The notes beneath the pieces were generated by a model, which was not told the DNA's origin, ran no database searches, and saw only the letters and a list, made by a program, of their open reading frames with translations. The translations under genes were made by a program, and so were the position numbers. This document shows positions 35,401 through 47,200 of a DNA stretch of 64,000 bases, piece by piece (the first letter of the stretch is position 1; each line of letters opens with the position of its first letter). The DNA comes from Massalongia carnosa (taxonomy: Eukaryota): contig OZ287088.1 in NCBI GenBank assembly GCA_965645245.1, forward strand, positions 744,001 to 808,000. The letters are read 5' to 3'.

Positions 35401-36744
35401 GACAGTGTAGCGGGTGGTCATCCTGGCCGCTCCAAGTGTTATGAGTTGATGAGTCGATCGTACTGGTGGCCCAATATGCATCAAACCGTAAAAAGATTCA
35501 TTCGCAACTGTCACACCTGTAAGCGATCCAAACCGTCCCGTCAACGATATCAAGGCTGGCTGCGCCCTCTATCCCCGCCTGAACGTCGATGGCGTGATGT
35601 CTCTATGGACTATGTAGGACCACTGCCTCCTAGTACCTTCATGGGTGTCACCTATCGATATGTTCTGGTCTTCATCGACCGTCTCTCCAAGATGCGACAC
35701 TTTGTCCCTACCACCTCCATGGAGGCAGAAGAAGCTGCCAACTTCTTCTATCAGAACGTGTGGAAATTACACGGACTCCCCGACGCCTTGACTTCCGATC
35801 GAGGCACTCAGTTCACCTCCGACTTCTGGGAACTCATGTGTAAACGTCTTAAGATTGATGCTAGGTTATCAACCAGCTTTCACCCTGAAACCGACGGCCA
35901 AACCGAAAGGGCTAATGCGACCATGGAGCACTATCTTCGAGCCTATGTCAATTATATGCAAGACGACTGGGCTCAGTACTTACCAGGTGCTGAATTCGCT
36001 AGCAACAACACCGACTCCTCCAGTATCCTCGCTTCTCCCTTCCTAGCCAATCACGGACAACATCCTCGAGTAGGATTCGAGCCCGAAGAACCTCTACCCC
36101 ATGATCTGACCGCTCAAGGAAGAGCCAACCTGGTTGCCGCTAATCAGTTCGTGGATAAGATGAAGGATGTAGATACTCATCTTCATGACGAAATGTTAAT
36201 CGCACAAGCCTCCTACGAAGCCACCGCTAACGAGAATCGTCGCCCGTGCCCCCGCTATCTCGTGGATGATATGGTATGGTTAAATACTCGAAACATTCAG
36301 ACAGCCCGACCGGCAGCCAAACTGAATGATCGACACGCCGGCCCCTATAGGGTCACCAAAGTATTTTCCAATCCTCTTATCGTTCAGCTTGAACTTCCCG
36401 ACACGCTACAAGTTCATCCCGTTTTTCATGTCAACCTTCTGCAGCACGATGCAGACGATCCTCTTCCTGGCCAACTTCACGAACCTCGAAACCCTATAGT
36501 CGGTACAGACGGTCAACGCGAGTGGTATGTCAACAGTATTCTCAACTCAAAGACGGATCGACGTTATCAACCACCGCTCCTCAAATATCTTGTGAATTGG
36601 GAAGGACATCCTATGACATGGGAACCTTTTAACCTGCTAACCAATTGTCAGCAAGCAATCGATGAATTTCATGAAGCTTACCCTCATGCCATAGGGCCTC
36701 ACATAATCCCTTGTCTCATTCCTCGATGTCAGTGTCATGACTGA
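32419..36744 (+). pseudogene. Gypsy B pol (PR-RT-RH-IN-chromodomain), -1 frame to gag, one nonsense codon at 35230-35232
   Basis: LIDCGA, YLDD, ETDASD, integrase core, EWYVNSIL..YLVNWEG..TWEP. Confidence 0.93.
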
Positions 36745-39700
36745 ACCAGCATCGCAGGAGCTCAGCCTTCGAAGGGGGAGCTACTGTCATGAAATAAAGT
36801 TTGAGTTAAAACCTAATGATTACCGAACCGTCAAGCGGCGATCGAGGTAAAAGCCACCTGAAAGCCTATTCAGATTCATCCTCGGTATGAGTCTGAATAA
36901 ACCCCTTACTCCACTCCACCAATCTGCTCACTCCACTATACCCTCTTATCGCTAGAACGATCACATCCACGGGCCCACTTATCGCTCCACCTTATCGCCG
37001 CCACCATCACCAAAATCTCTCATCTAGGGTGAAGGTAAAACATGAGAAAGAAGGGACTGGCTCAGGTATAAAAAGAGGACATATCCTGCAGATAGTTGAC
37101 TCCTCGTCCGACGTCTTGTATAGCAAACCATCCCCTAGCTATAGCTTCATTAATAAAGACATCTTGATCACCCAATCCCAGTCTTAGGAACATTAGTTCA
37201 ATCCCTAACCCAGTCCTTGACATCTAAATACCGACGGAGTTCTTCTATTTCGTCGCGGCTCATGCCGTATAACGCTTGATTTGGAGGTTGGAAGCCATCT
37301 TTCAAATTGATGGCATGGTCGTAGGGCCGGCGCTCTGGAAGCACTTCAGATTCTTTTATGGAAAAAACGTCTAGGAATTCGTGATATTGTTTCGGTAAGA
37401 TGGTGCTCGGGTCAACGTTCTTTCGTTCCCGAATGGCTTCAAGCTCTTCTTGAGTTACGGATGTTTCTAAGGTTAGCTCCTTATTCATTTTGCAGATGGT
37501 CATATGCATATCCTTATCGCTAGGGCAGGCCTTCGGATTCAATGGTGGAAAGGCCTGCTTCGCTATTAGGCTAATGGATGAGCTAGGGTCGGAATGACTG
37601 GGACTGGGACTGGGAGGTGCTTTTATTCCTAAAAAGCGATCGATTTCATGAAGTGAGATACTAAATATCTCGTGATTTTTCTTTCTAGCAAGGCGATCGA
37701 AAGTTACTGCGCTGACTTCGCAAATTTGTGACGAATTGCTGCAGGATGTCTGAGTTGAGTTGATTGTCTGAACTGAGCTGGATATCTGAGTCTGATTGGG
37801 TTTCTGGATTGGACTGAGTGTCCGAACTGATTGGGGTCTGACACGTACATAGCTTTGTGATCGTGGTCTGATTTTCGGAGTTGTGCCTCTCTGAATGGCG
37901 GTGAGTATTCGGCTTGGGCCATCTTCTTTTTGATATTCAAAGATGGAGAGCTCGGGTTGACTGGTCTGCAGAGCTGTTTCTTCTGATTGCCATACCTTCT
38001 GACTTTCGGCAGGCATAAGGAATTCTTCTTCTTTCGTGGTGGCTGATTGCACCATTACAGGTGAAGGACAGCAGTGTGCAAGGCAAAAGGGGGACGATAG
38101 GGACAAGGTGTTGTTGGAAAAGTTTGTAATGACTCCGTGTCTGCGAAGCCATGGGTGGCCCAAAACAATGGGGTAATGTCTTAATCCTGTTACATAAAGA
38201 AAGAGCTTTTCTACATGCCCATTTAGGTCCATGGTAACTTCGGCGATGTGAGTTATGTTGCCAGTCAATGCTGGCTGGCCATCGAAGCCGGAAAGTCGTC
38301 TAGGATATTTCAATTGGTGTAAGGGGAAGTTATGAAAACGCGCGAAATCTTGATCAATAAAGGAATATCCAGATGCACCACTGTCCACAAGAATCAAAGC
38401 TTTTATTCTGTTTTGAAAACGACGTAATATACAAGAGATAACAATATGACTATCTCTAAATGTCTCATCAGTTTCAAAAAGAGTAAGAGCAGACGCCGCC
38501 GAAAAACGATTGCTAGACATGAGCGGCGGTGTAAACGATGTGGACAGCAGGCAAGAAGAAATCAAGAAATCTGGTTGTCTCTGCGCGCGACTACGCGCAG
38601 AGACTAAGCTTTTTCCACCTCCTGGACCTTAGATATCTGTGACGTTGATATCGGCGTTGATTGTGCATTTGATGATCCCTCATATAGGACAAGGGAGCGA
38701 ACCGCGGTTGTCTTTCGATTCGGGCAGTCACCAATGGTACCCGGATGTTGACGTCGACAATAGAAGCATAGCTTCCAGTCATCACAGATCTTACGGACTC
38801 CTGGATCCGTCAACTTATGGCCTCGAACGGCGGCCATTACAGAACTCAGATCCATGGGATCGCCGCCGGCAGCGGCGACAAGGGCAGCAGGTGTGGTGAC
38901 GGCCGGGGTGATGCGTGTGGTCGTGTTGGAGGTGCTGGTCGTGGCAGGTGCGTTTCCTCGTCTAGTGGTCGGAGAATTGCTGGCATTGGCAGCAGGGGTG
39001 GTGCGAGAATGGCGATGTTTTAACTGCCTCAGGTCCCAGTATAAAAATATGTTAGGATTTTGGTGTAGGGAATATCTAGGAAAATTAAGATTTTGGAGTT
39101 TGAATGGTGGGGTCATGTTGGTGGTATGTGTTTTCATAAGCGAAATTGCAAATCATTTTGCATACGCTAATACGCTAATATCTCAAACGCAAGGCACGAG
39201 ATCGAGGATATAATCCAAATGTCTCGCGAATATTGAAGGTAGAATACGTAGAAGATGCATGTAGTTCAGGACGTCTTCCTAAAGTGACGTCTGAGGTAAA
39301 ACAGGCCGTTTTAGACAACGTTTGACATGATTGAAATTGTAGAGAAAAATCCTCAGCCGTTTTAGGATATGAGCACGGAGTCTCATCTACAACTATCTCA
39401 ATATTCTTCGACGCAATAACTTTCGTCCCTGCAAATCTACCATGAAACCAGGCCTTGAATCAGCAATAAAAGAGGCTCGATTGCAATTCTGTTTGCGTTA
39501 TCGTCATTGGACTTGATGACTGGAAGAATATTTTATGGAGCGATGAAACTAGTGTTGTGTTAGGCTCTCGAAGAGGGCGAAGACTTCAGTGGCGAACTCC
39601 AAAAGAAAAATATGCTCAAACGTGCATTCGACGTAGATGGAAAGGATGTTCCGAATTCATGTTTTGGGGTTATTTTTCGTATGAAAAGAAAGGTCCTTTT

Positions 39701-42700
39701 CATATATGGAAGCCGGAGACAGCGGCAGAAAAACGTGCCGCTCAAGGAGAAATCGACAAAATCAATGAGGCATTGGAGCCTCTAGCGAAAGAAAATTGGG
39801 AATTGGAAATAGGCATGAAACGAATGGGACTGCGTACCAAAGAAGGTCGAAAACCGGTCTGGAAATGGGATGAAAAGCATGGAAAAGTGGCTCGAAAAGG
39901 CAAAGGGGGCATCGACTGGTATCGTTATCAAAAAACTGTTCTTCTTCCTAAACTTCTTCCGTTTGCAAAAGATTGTATAAAAGATCGTCCCGATACTGTT
40001 GTGCAGGAGAACAGAGCCCCTAGTCATGCTTCCAAACATCAAGACCTCGTCTTTATGGATGCAGAAGTCTTGCGTTTATTGTGGCCGGGTAATTCTCCTG
40101 ATTTGAACATGATCGAGCAATGTTGGCCTTGGATGAAAAGGCAAACCACACGAAAAGGAGCACCTCGAAATAGCATTACGGCTATCAAAGCATGGACTCG
40201 GTGCTGGACAAAAACTCTGAAACAAAAAATTAATTCTGCAATGGATAGAACGAATTCCATGACATATAGAAGAAGTTATCGCTTTGAATGGAGGAAACGA
40301 GTGTCGAGAGGGTCGAGACAATGGTGTGATTCGGCCATATAATTCCGAAGATCGTCGCATTCGCAAAGACATTATATCTGATAGCAGTGATGTAGACTGA
40401 TCATGTCATAAGTCTGCATATAGACCTGATTTTTAATGCATTATATCAAGCTGTATGGGCTAATGTGGAATATGGGTGAAAAGGAGTGGTGTGTATTGAT
40501 CTATGGGAGGTCTAGGCTAGCTAACTGAGGGATATCTCATAGGGGTTCGTGGGTCATGTGACACATGGCGGGTCATGTGACCCCTAATCGCCTGACACAC
40601 CCCCCCAGCTTTGACCAAAGCTGCCATGACCGAAAAACCTATATTAGGTGAAAATTTCTATGTTTTACCTTGATTTCTAGTGATTTTGGCCGATTCAATT
40701 TGTGGCCGTATTTCCCTTCTTCTGATTGGCCAATTTCTTCTGATTGTTGACCAGGTCCATGGCATTGACTAGCCCTAATAGCTTGACGAAATGTTGATGC
40801 TTTTGAGGAGGTAGGATCTTGGTTAAACCATCTGCGACCATCTGATTGGTCGGCACATAGTCAACACATAATTCCCCCCTTTGCACAGATTGCCTAAGCC
40901 AGCATTGGGCGACGTCTATATGCCTCAATTTAGTGTCAGTTTTTCCCATTTCGGAGGTTAAAATGCGAATTGTCTGTAGGTTATCGTTATAGATAACTAT
41001 ATCTTGATCCGGGTTAAATTGTAGCTTTTCAAATAGATGTATCCACCATATGAGCTCTTTACCCGCATGAAGCTTATACAATAACTCGGCCTCAGTGGTT
41101 GACGTGGTCACGGTCAGTTGCTTCCTAGCGGCCCAGTCAATCATCCCACCAAATAGCTTGAATGTATAGCCCTCGGAGCTTTTCCTATCTGGGTTATTTG
41201 CATAGGATGCATCAGCCGTTGCCTTAAAAACCTGCTTATTAGCCGGAACCGGTCCATGATTTGCCATAGTAGTGATTTCACCGCCCCCTTTGGCCGAGTA
41301 CTGGATTCCCAGATATTTCGTCCCATATAGATAACGTAGGCAATGGTCTGCAGCCCTCATATGACTAGGTCCCGGGTTGGTCAGATATTCAGCTAATTTT
41401 GAAGCTGATTTTGCTATATCTGGCCGAGTCATAATAGCTGGGTAGCATATTGATCCAACTTTCTTCCTATATAGATGCATTCTGGCTGGATCCACCTCCA
41501 CCTCATATGGCGCTAGTTCTTCATTGAATGGGCGTTAGAGGTGTTTTAGCCTCCGACTTTTCATCTATGTCATATTCCTTGGCTAATTTGTTCATATAGG
41601 AGTCCTGGATCGTCTTTTCTTCTATGTTATGAATAACCCGTACGCCTAGAAAATAGGTTAATGGACCCATATCTCGTATTTCGATCATCTTCATGAAACG
41701 TTGCACATATTCCTCGACTTCGGCTTCTTTTTTGGGCCGATACGCCATTACTATGTCGTCCACATAGAAGAATAGTATGATTCCCTCCGTATAGAATAGG
41801 CATGGTTCGCCTGGCACCTGTTTTAACCCTAGTTCTATGCATTTGCCTATTAGCATTCGTAGCCATAGAAGGGGTGATTTTCTTTGACCATATAGCGCTT
41901 TTTTCACTTTTAGCACCTTCTTTCTAAGCTTAAAACCATCAGGCAAAAAACAGTAAATAGGCTCGTCATTGTGAACGTTTAGAAAGGCGTTAATAGCGTC
42001 CAACTGCCTCTTTTTCAGCCCGAATGCAGCAACTAATGCCATTAATGCCCTAAACACCTTGAAGGCTAATGTAGCTGCATAAACATCTTGAGCATTATCT
42101 TGCTGTAGGTCACCTCTAACCACTAGACGTGCTTTGAACTTTGCCAAATAGCCGTCCGAATCAGTCTTATAGGTGAAAACCCATTTGAGGGGCAATATTG
42201 GCTGTATAGCCTCATCTTGATCAACTATTTCCCATGTTTCTTTGTGGAAAAGTGCCTCCCATTCAACGTTAGCTGCTTTCATGAACTCATCTGCATAGGG
42301 ATGCCTTAGCAGAGCTCGCCAATGAGATGGGGGGTCGGGCAAATCATCAGTTCGAAGCTGATTAGTTATTCTCGCCATCCCCGCCATAAACGCGGTATGA
42401 AATTGAGGGAATTTTGACATTTCTTCTGCTGACCAAGCTCCATTTGCAGCGTATCTAGGGTTTGGTTTCCTAGTACGTTTTCCCTCTATAACGTTTGCCT
42501 CATTTATCTCATCGCTCCTTTTTCCTGATGATTGCTCTATTTCCGTCACATTGAGGGGCGTTCGGCCCGTTTGCGGGAGTTGTGGAGGGTCAATTGTTGA
42601 TGCCCTCACCTTTTTGGCCCTTCTTTTATCTATGGATATATTAGGGCTGATATCTGGTTCAGGTGTTTCTATCGGCGTTTCCAGTTGCATGGGCGTTGAT

Positions 42701-44270
42701 GAGCGAGTTATTTTCTCCTGTTTTTCGTCCTGACTAGGTGAGTTATCTTCTATGGTCAATTGCTCTATACGCTTATTGACTGATAAGTCTAGCCATTCTT
42801 CTTCCTCACTATCTATCTCCTGAATTGCGGGGCGTGGTTCAACTACATGAAACTCTATAAAGCTCGCTTTTTCAGTCTCCTTTAGCAATAGCTCCTTCTT
42901 CGACGTATAGGCGCTATAAAGCTCATCTTCGTTGAATATGACGTCTCTATAACCGCTGACATCTCCTTTTTCTGGATTCCATATCCTGAAGATATTGGTT
43001 GAATCATAGCCAACCAAATAGCCAACAATTGCCCTAGGTTTCAACTTATTGCTTTTGGGAGGAGCATCGGCCCCTTTTAGCAATGGATACGCCTTGCAAC
43101 CAAACACTTTTAGATGAGCCAGCTCGTATCTGACTGATTGACCCGGATTGGTCAGTTTCTGCAATTTGACCAATGGGGAGTCTCATTCCAGAGCTTTATT
43201 AGGGGTTCGATTCATCAGATGGGCTGCAGCTAAATAGCACTCCGGATACAGGTCTTCTGGCATTTTTGCATATTCCCTGATGCATCGAGCTTTTTCAGTT
43301 AATAGGGCTCCGAAACGCTCCGAAACGCCATTTTGCTCAGGGGTATTCTTTGCTGACCATGACCATTCTATGCCTTGCTGACTGATCCATGCTTCTAGGG
43401 CTTTTCCTATTGATGTTTCTTGCCCCGTGCGAATCGTGGTTACCATTGAATTAATAGAAATGCCAGCTCTATCGCATTGATTGATCAAGCTTTTGAAGAT
43501 GGGCAATAGGGTCTTTTCCTTATGATCATTCAATGGATAAACCCATACATATGAGGTAAATTCGTCCGTAAAATGAGCTATACAGCTCGTTCCATCGAAC
43601 CCCTTATCATTGATAGTTAGGTCAAAATGAAGCACCTGATATGGCTTGATGGCACGCCCTGACGGAGCTTTATTGATGACTCTATGCATTTTGGAGACTG
43701 CACACGTTTCGCATTGAATGGTCCTAGGTGCGTTTTTACCCCCTACGCCTTTTGAAACTGTCACCTCATCGATCTTCTTTAGCTGGTCAATCACCTCTGG
43801 CCGGCAATGACCGAGACGAAGATGCCATTTCCATGGAGTTGCTTTTGACGTATCGCGTGGCTGCACTGAGTTAGCAAACCCTATATCTATGGATTCAGGG
43901 TTATATTCTATGATTGAGAGCCCATAGTGCTCCTTTATTTCACATATTTGTTGCCCTGTCTCCTTAACTATAAGGGTATCAGTGAACATATCCCAGAAAA
44001 AGCCTCGTTTTTTCAACTTATTGGCCGAAACCAACATCACTGATGAATAAGGAATATAAGCTGTTCCTTCGAATAATAGCTCCCTTTTCTGGCCATTCAA
44101 TAGGCCATTTACCCTCATTGTGCCATGACCATGGATTTTCATCTCCCCGTCGGGGGTGTCCACCCACATGTCTGACGAAGTTGGGGTTATCTCTCCTATA
44201 AACCGTGATTTATCATAGGTCAGAGGGTTATCGCATCCAGAGTCAAAGATGACGCTTTTATGCAAGGGGT

Positions 44271-47200
44271 TGTTGAAACACCAGGCTATTGATCATGAAA
44301 CGGAAGTAGGGCAAATAAGAAGCATACATGTCATTGAGGGTTATTATCTATGTGGGCTATCTACCTGCTTTTATAGCAGTCACACAGCAGTAATGCTGTA
44401 GGCTTCCCATAGCTGCCTGTTAGGCACCTCCATAGGTGCCTGGTAGACACCCGTGTGACTCACGATGGATGCCTATATTGATGGTAGCCTGACCATCTAA
44501 CCAATGGTAGCCTCACCATCTAACAATATATTCCGTTTTGCCTCCCTTAGCTGGCAGATGGATGACATCTCGAATGATTAGTGATGTGTTGCCACGGCCG
44601 AAATAACCCTTAGTGCTTGATCCGCATTCGGTTAGTGCTCTTATTAATAAGCAGACATCTCGGCTCAATTCTCAACACTCCCACTCCGAGAATGTCTGGA
44701 TGGCCTCATGCCCTCGCAGTACCAACCATCGCGTGTCGCCCTCGGGGCCTGTCCCCTGGGCCATGGGCCAAACGGCCGATGTACGTCCAAACCCCTTAGC
44801 TAACTATCCTCATCCCTAGGCTTGCCCGGAGCCGTTCGAATGATGCCTGTGGCAAAGGCCTGGTGAATATGTCAGCTAACATTTCGGCCGTGGGGACGTA
44901 GGAAATTCGAATTAACCCATCGTCGACGATTTCCCGAATGTAGTGATATTGAACGTCAATGTGTTTTGTACGAGAGTGATGTTCAGGATTTTTAATAAGT
45001 GCTAAACATCCCTGATTGTCACCCTTCAAGTCAATGGCCTTGTTGGGACGCAGATGCAATTGACTCATTAATCTGCTGGCCCAAACGAGCTGTTTTCCGG
45101 CTTCGCACATGGAGACGTATTCGGCTTCGGTACTCGATGATGACGTCGATCGCTGTTTGGCACTTCGCCAGATGCACGCTCCCCCGAAAATTTTCATTAC
45201 CATTCCGTGAGTTGACTTTCGGTCAGCTTTTTCATTAGCATAATCGGAGTCGGCAAATGCAATTACTTCGGAGCTACCGTCAAAGATCAATCCCAATTTT
45301 GACGTGGCTTTCAGGTAGCGAAAGACTCGATCCAGAGCGCTGCGATGTGATTCGGTTGGATCATGACTGTGCTGACTTAATTTTCCCACGCAGTAGGCTA
45401 AGTCAGGACGGGTTGCAGTCATGGCATACATCAAGCTTCCTATTCGTCGTTGATATTCCAGCTGATTGGTACGAACGTCTTTTTCGTTTGCAGACGACAA
45501 GTGTCCCTCAATAGGGGTGGAAACGGGCCGACACTGGTCCATCTGATAATCGCGAAGGAACCTCTCAATGTAGGCTGTTTGATCCATGGTGATTGTTCTT
45601 TTTGCTCTATCTCTGGTGATGCGTATACCAAGAATTGAGCGTGGTTCCCCCATGTTTCGTACCTTAAACTCTTCGCTGATAAGTATCTTTACAGCTTTGA
45701 TATCCGAGTTTTGTTGTCCGAAATACAAAATGTCGTCCACATAGATGGCTATAATAACTTTGCTGACAGGATGATAAAAGACACAATTGTCGGCCGGAAT
45801 AACGTTGAATCCGATGCTTATGACGAATTTTTTGAAACGTTGATTCCAAATTCGCCCTGATTGCTTCAAGCCGTACAATCCCTTTTTTAGAAGAATTGCT
45901 TTCTCATGTCCTTTGACCTCAAGTCCTTCAGGTATCTCCATGTATATTTCCTCTGTTAATTCACCTATAAGGTACGCGTTTGATACATCGGCCTGTTGAA
46001 TTTCCAGATCCAGTTCGGCGGCTATCCCAAAGAGAATTCTGAGTGTCTCACATCTCAGGGTTGGGGCAAACGTTTCATTATAGTCAATTCCGTATTTCTG
46101 ACTAAATCCTCTGGCTACCAGACGTGCTTTGTAGCGATCAATCATTCCATTCGCATGACGTTTTACCTTGAATACCCATTTGGACGTGATCAGGTCTCGA
46201 TTCGAGGGCTGATTTACCACCAAAAATGTTCCGTTTGACAGTAAGGCATCGAGTTCTTCTTTGATGGCTATTTTCCATTTTCGCCAGTCTTTTCCGTTGA
46301 CGGCCTCACTGTACGAAGTGGGATCATGATCGTCATTTGTTTGAAGAGCTTGATTATTGTCGAATGCGTATTTGTCGTACGGCTTTCTCTCTCTCTTTGA
46401 TCGGGTGAATGCAGTCGTTGTAGGAGTCCTTTTTCTGGGCGATTTGCCTTCGATAGTTGCAGGGATACCTGTGTTTGACTGAGCATTCAGTTCAATCGTG
46501 GGTATTCCTTCATTTGAAGAGGCGGGATCAGCTCCCACTGGCGATGTAATCTCTTCAGGATTTTCAATTTGAGATGTGGGGTCAGCCCCTACTGATAAAT
46601 TCTTGTTTTGGCCGTTATCACCAATGACCTTATCTCCCCCCTCGTTGGTGATGAGTTGATTGTCGAGATACTTGTCGGGCTCGTAATCGCTGTCAATTGT
46701 GTCAATTTCCCATGTCCCTGACTCGGTAGGAACGTTTAACAATGGTCCCCAAGGCCAGTCCTCGAAAAAATCAAGGCTCGAATGCCATCCGATTTTCTTC
46801 CTTTTGGGGTTATAAATTCGATATTGTTTTGATGAGTGGTACCCGACGAATACTCCCTGAAATGAGACGACATCCATTTTGTCTCTTCTTTCGCTGGGGA
46901 TACGGGCATGAACCAAACATCCATAGGTTCGTAAGTGGCCCAGATCCGGTCTTCGGCCGTACCAGGCCTCGTATGGAGTCATTTTCCCTCCGTGTGTATT
47001 GGTTGGGAGTCGATTCCGAAGATAATTCGCGACCATCAAGGCCTCCCCCCAAAATTCCCTGGGCAATCCAGCCCATAGTTGCATAGCCCTAACCATCTGC
47101 ATTAGGGTTCGATTCAGACGCTCAGCGACCCCGTTTTGCTCAGGGGTGTACGGGTCTGTAAACTCCATTTGAATGCCTTCTTTCAGAAGGTCTTTTTCCA

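Larger units (their letters stand above)
30758..37222 (+). mobile_element. Ty3/Gypsy chromovirus B, full-length, inserted antisense in Gypsy A RT
   Basis: 438-bp LTRs at 30758-31195 and 36785-37222 (4 differences seen), TSD TCTAA, PPT GAAGGGGGAGCTAC. Confidence 0.97.
22103..39036 (-). mobile_element. Ty3/Gypsy chromovirus A; 5' LTR and gag start deleted; hosts Copia-1 and Gypsy B
   Basis: 3' LTR 22103-22526 with PPT GAAGAGGGGAGCTAC. Pol pieces 38565-37228 (protease LVDSGA), 30752-30248 (RT YLDD), 25107-22565 (RNase H, integrase, chromodomain). Gag tail with CFYC..H..C at 38604-39036. Confidence 0.93.

Noticed and set aside
38604..39137. 177-aa ORF as a complete gag
   Set aside because: The N-terminal ~33 aa come from unrelated DNA across a deletion junction.
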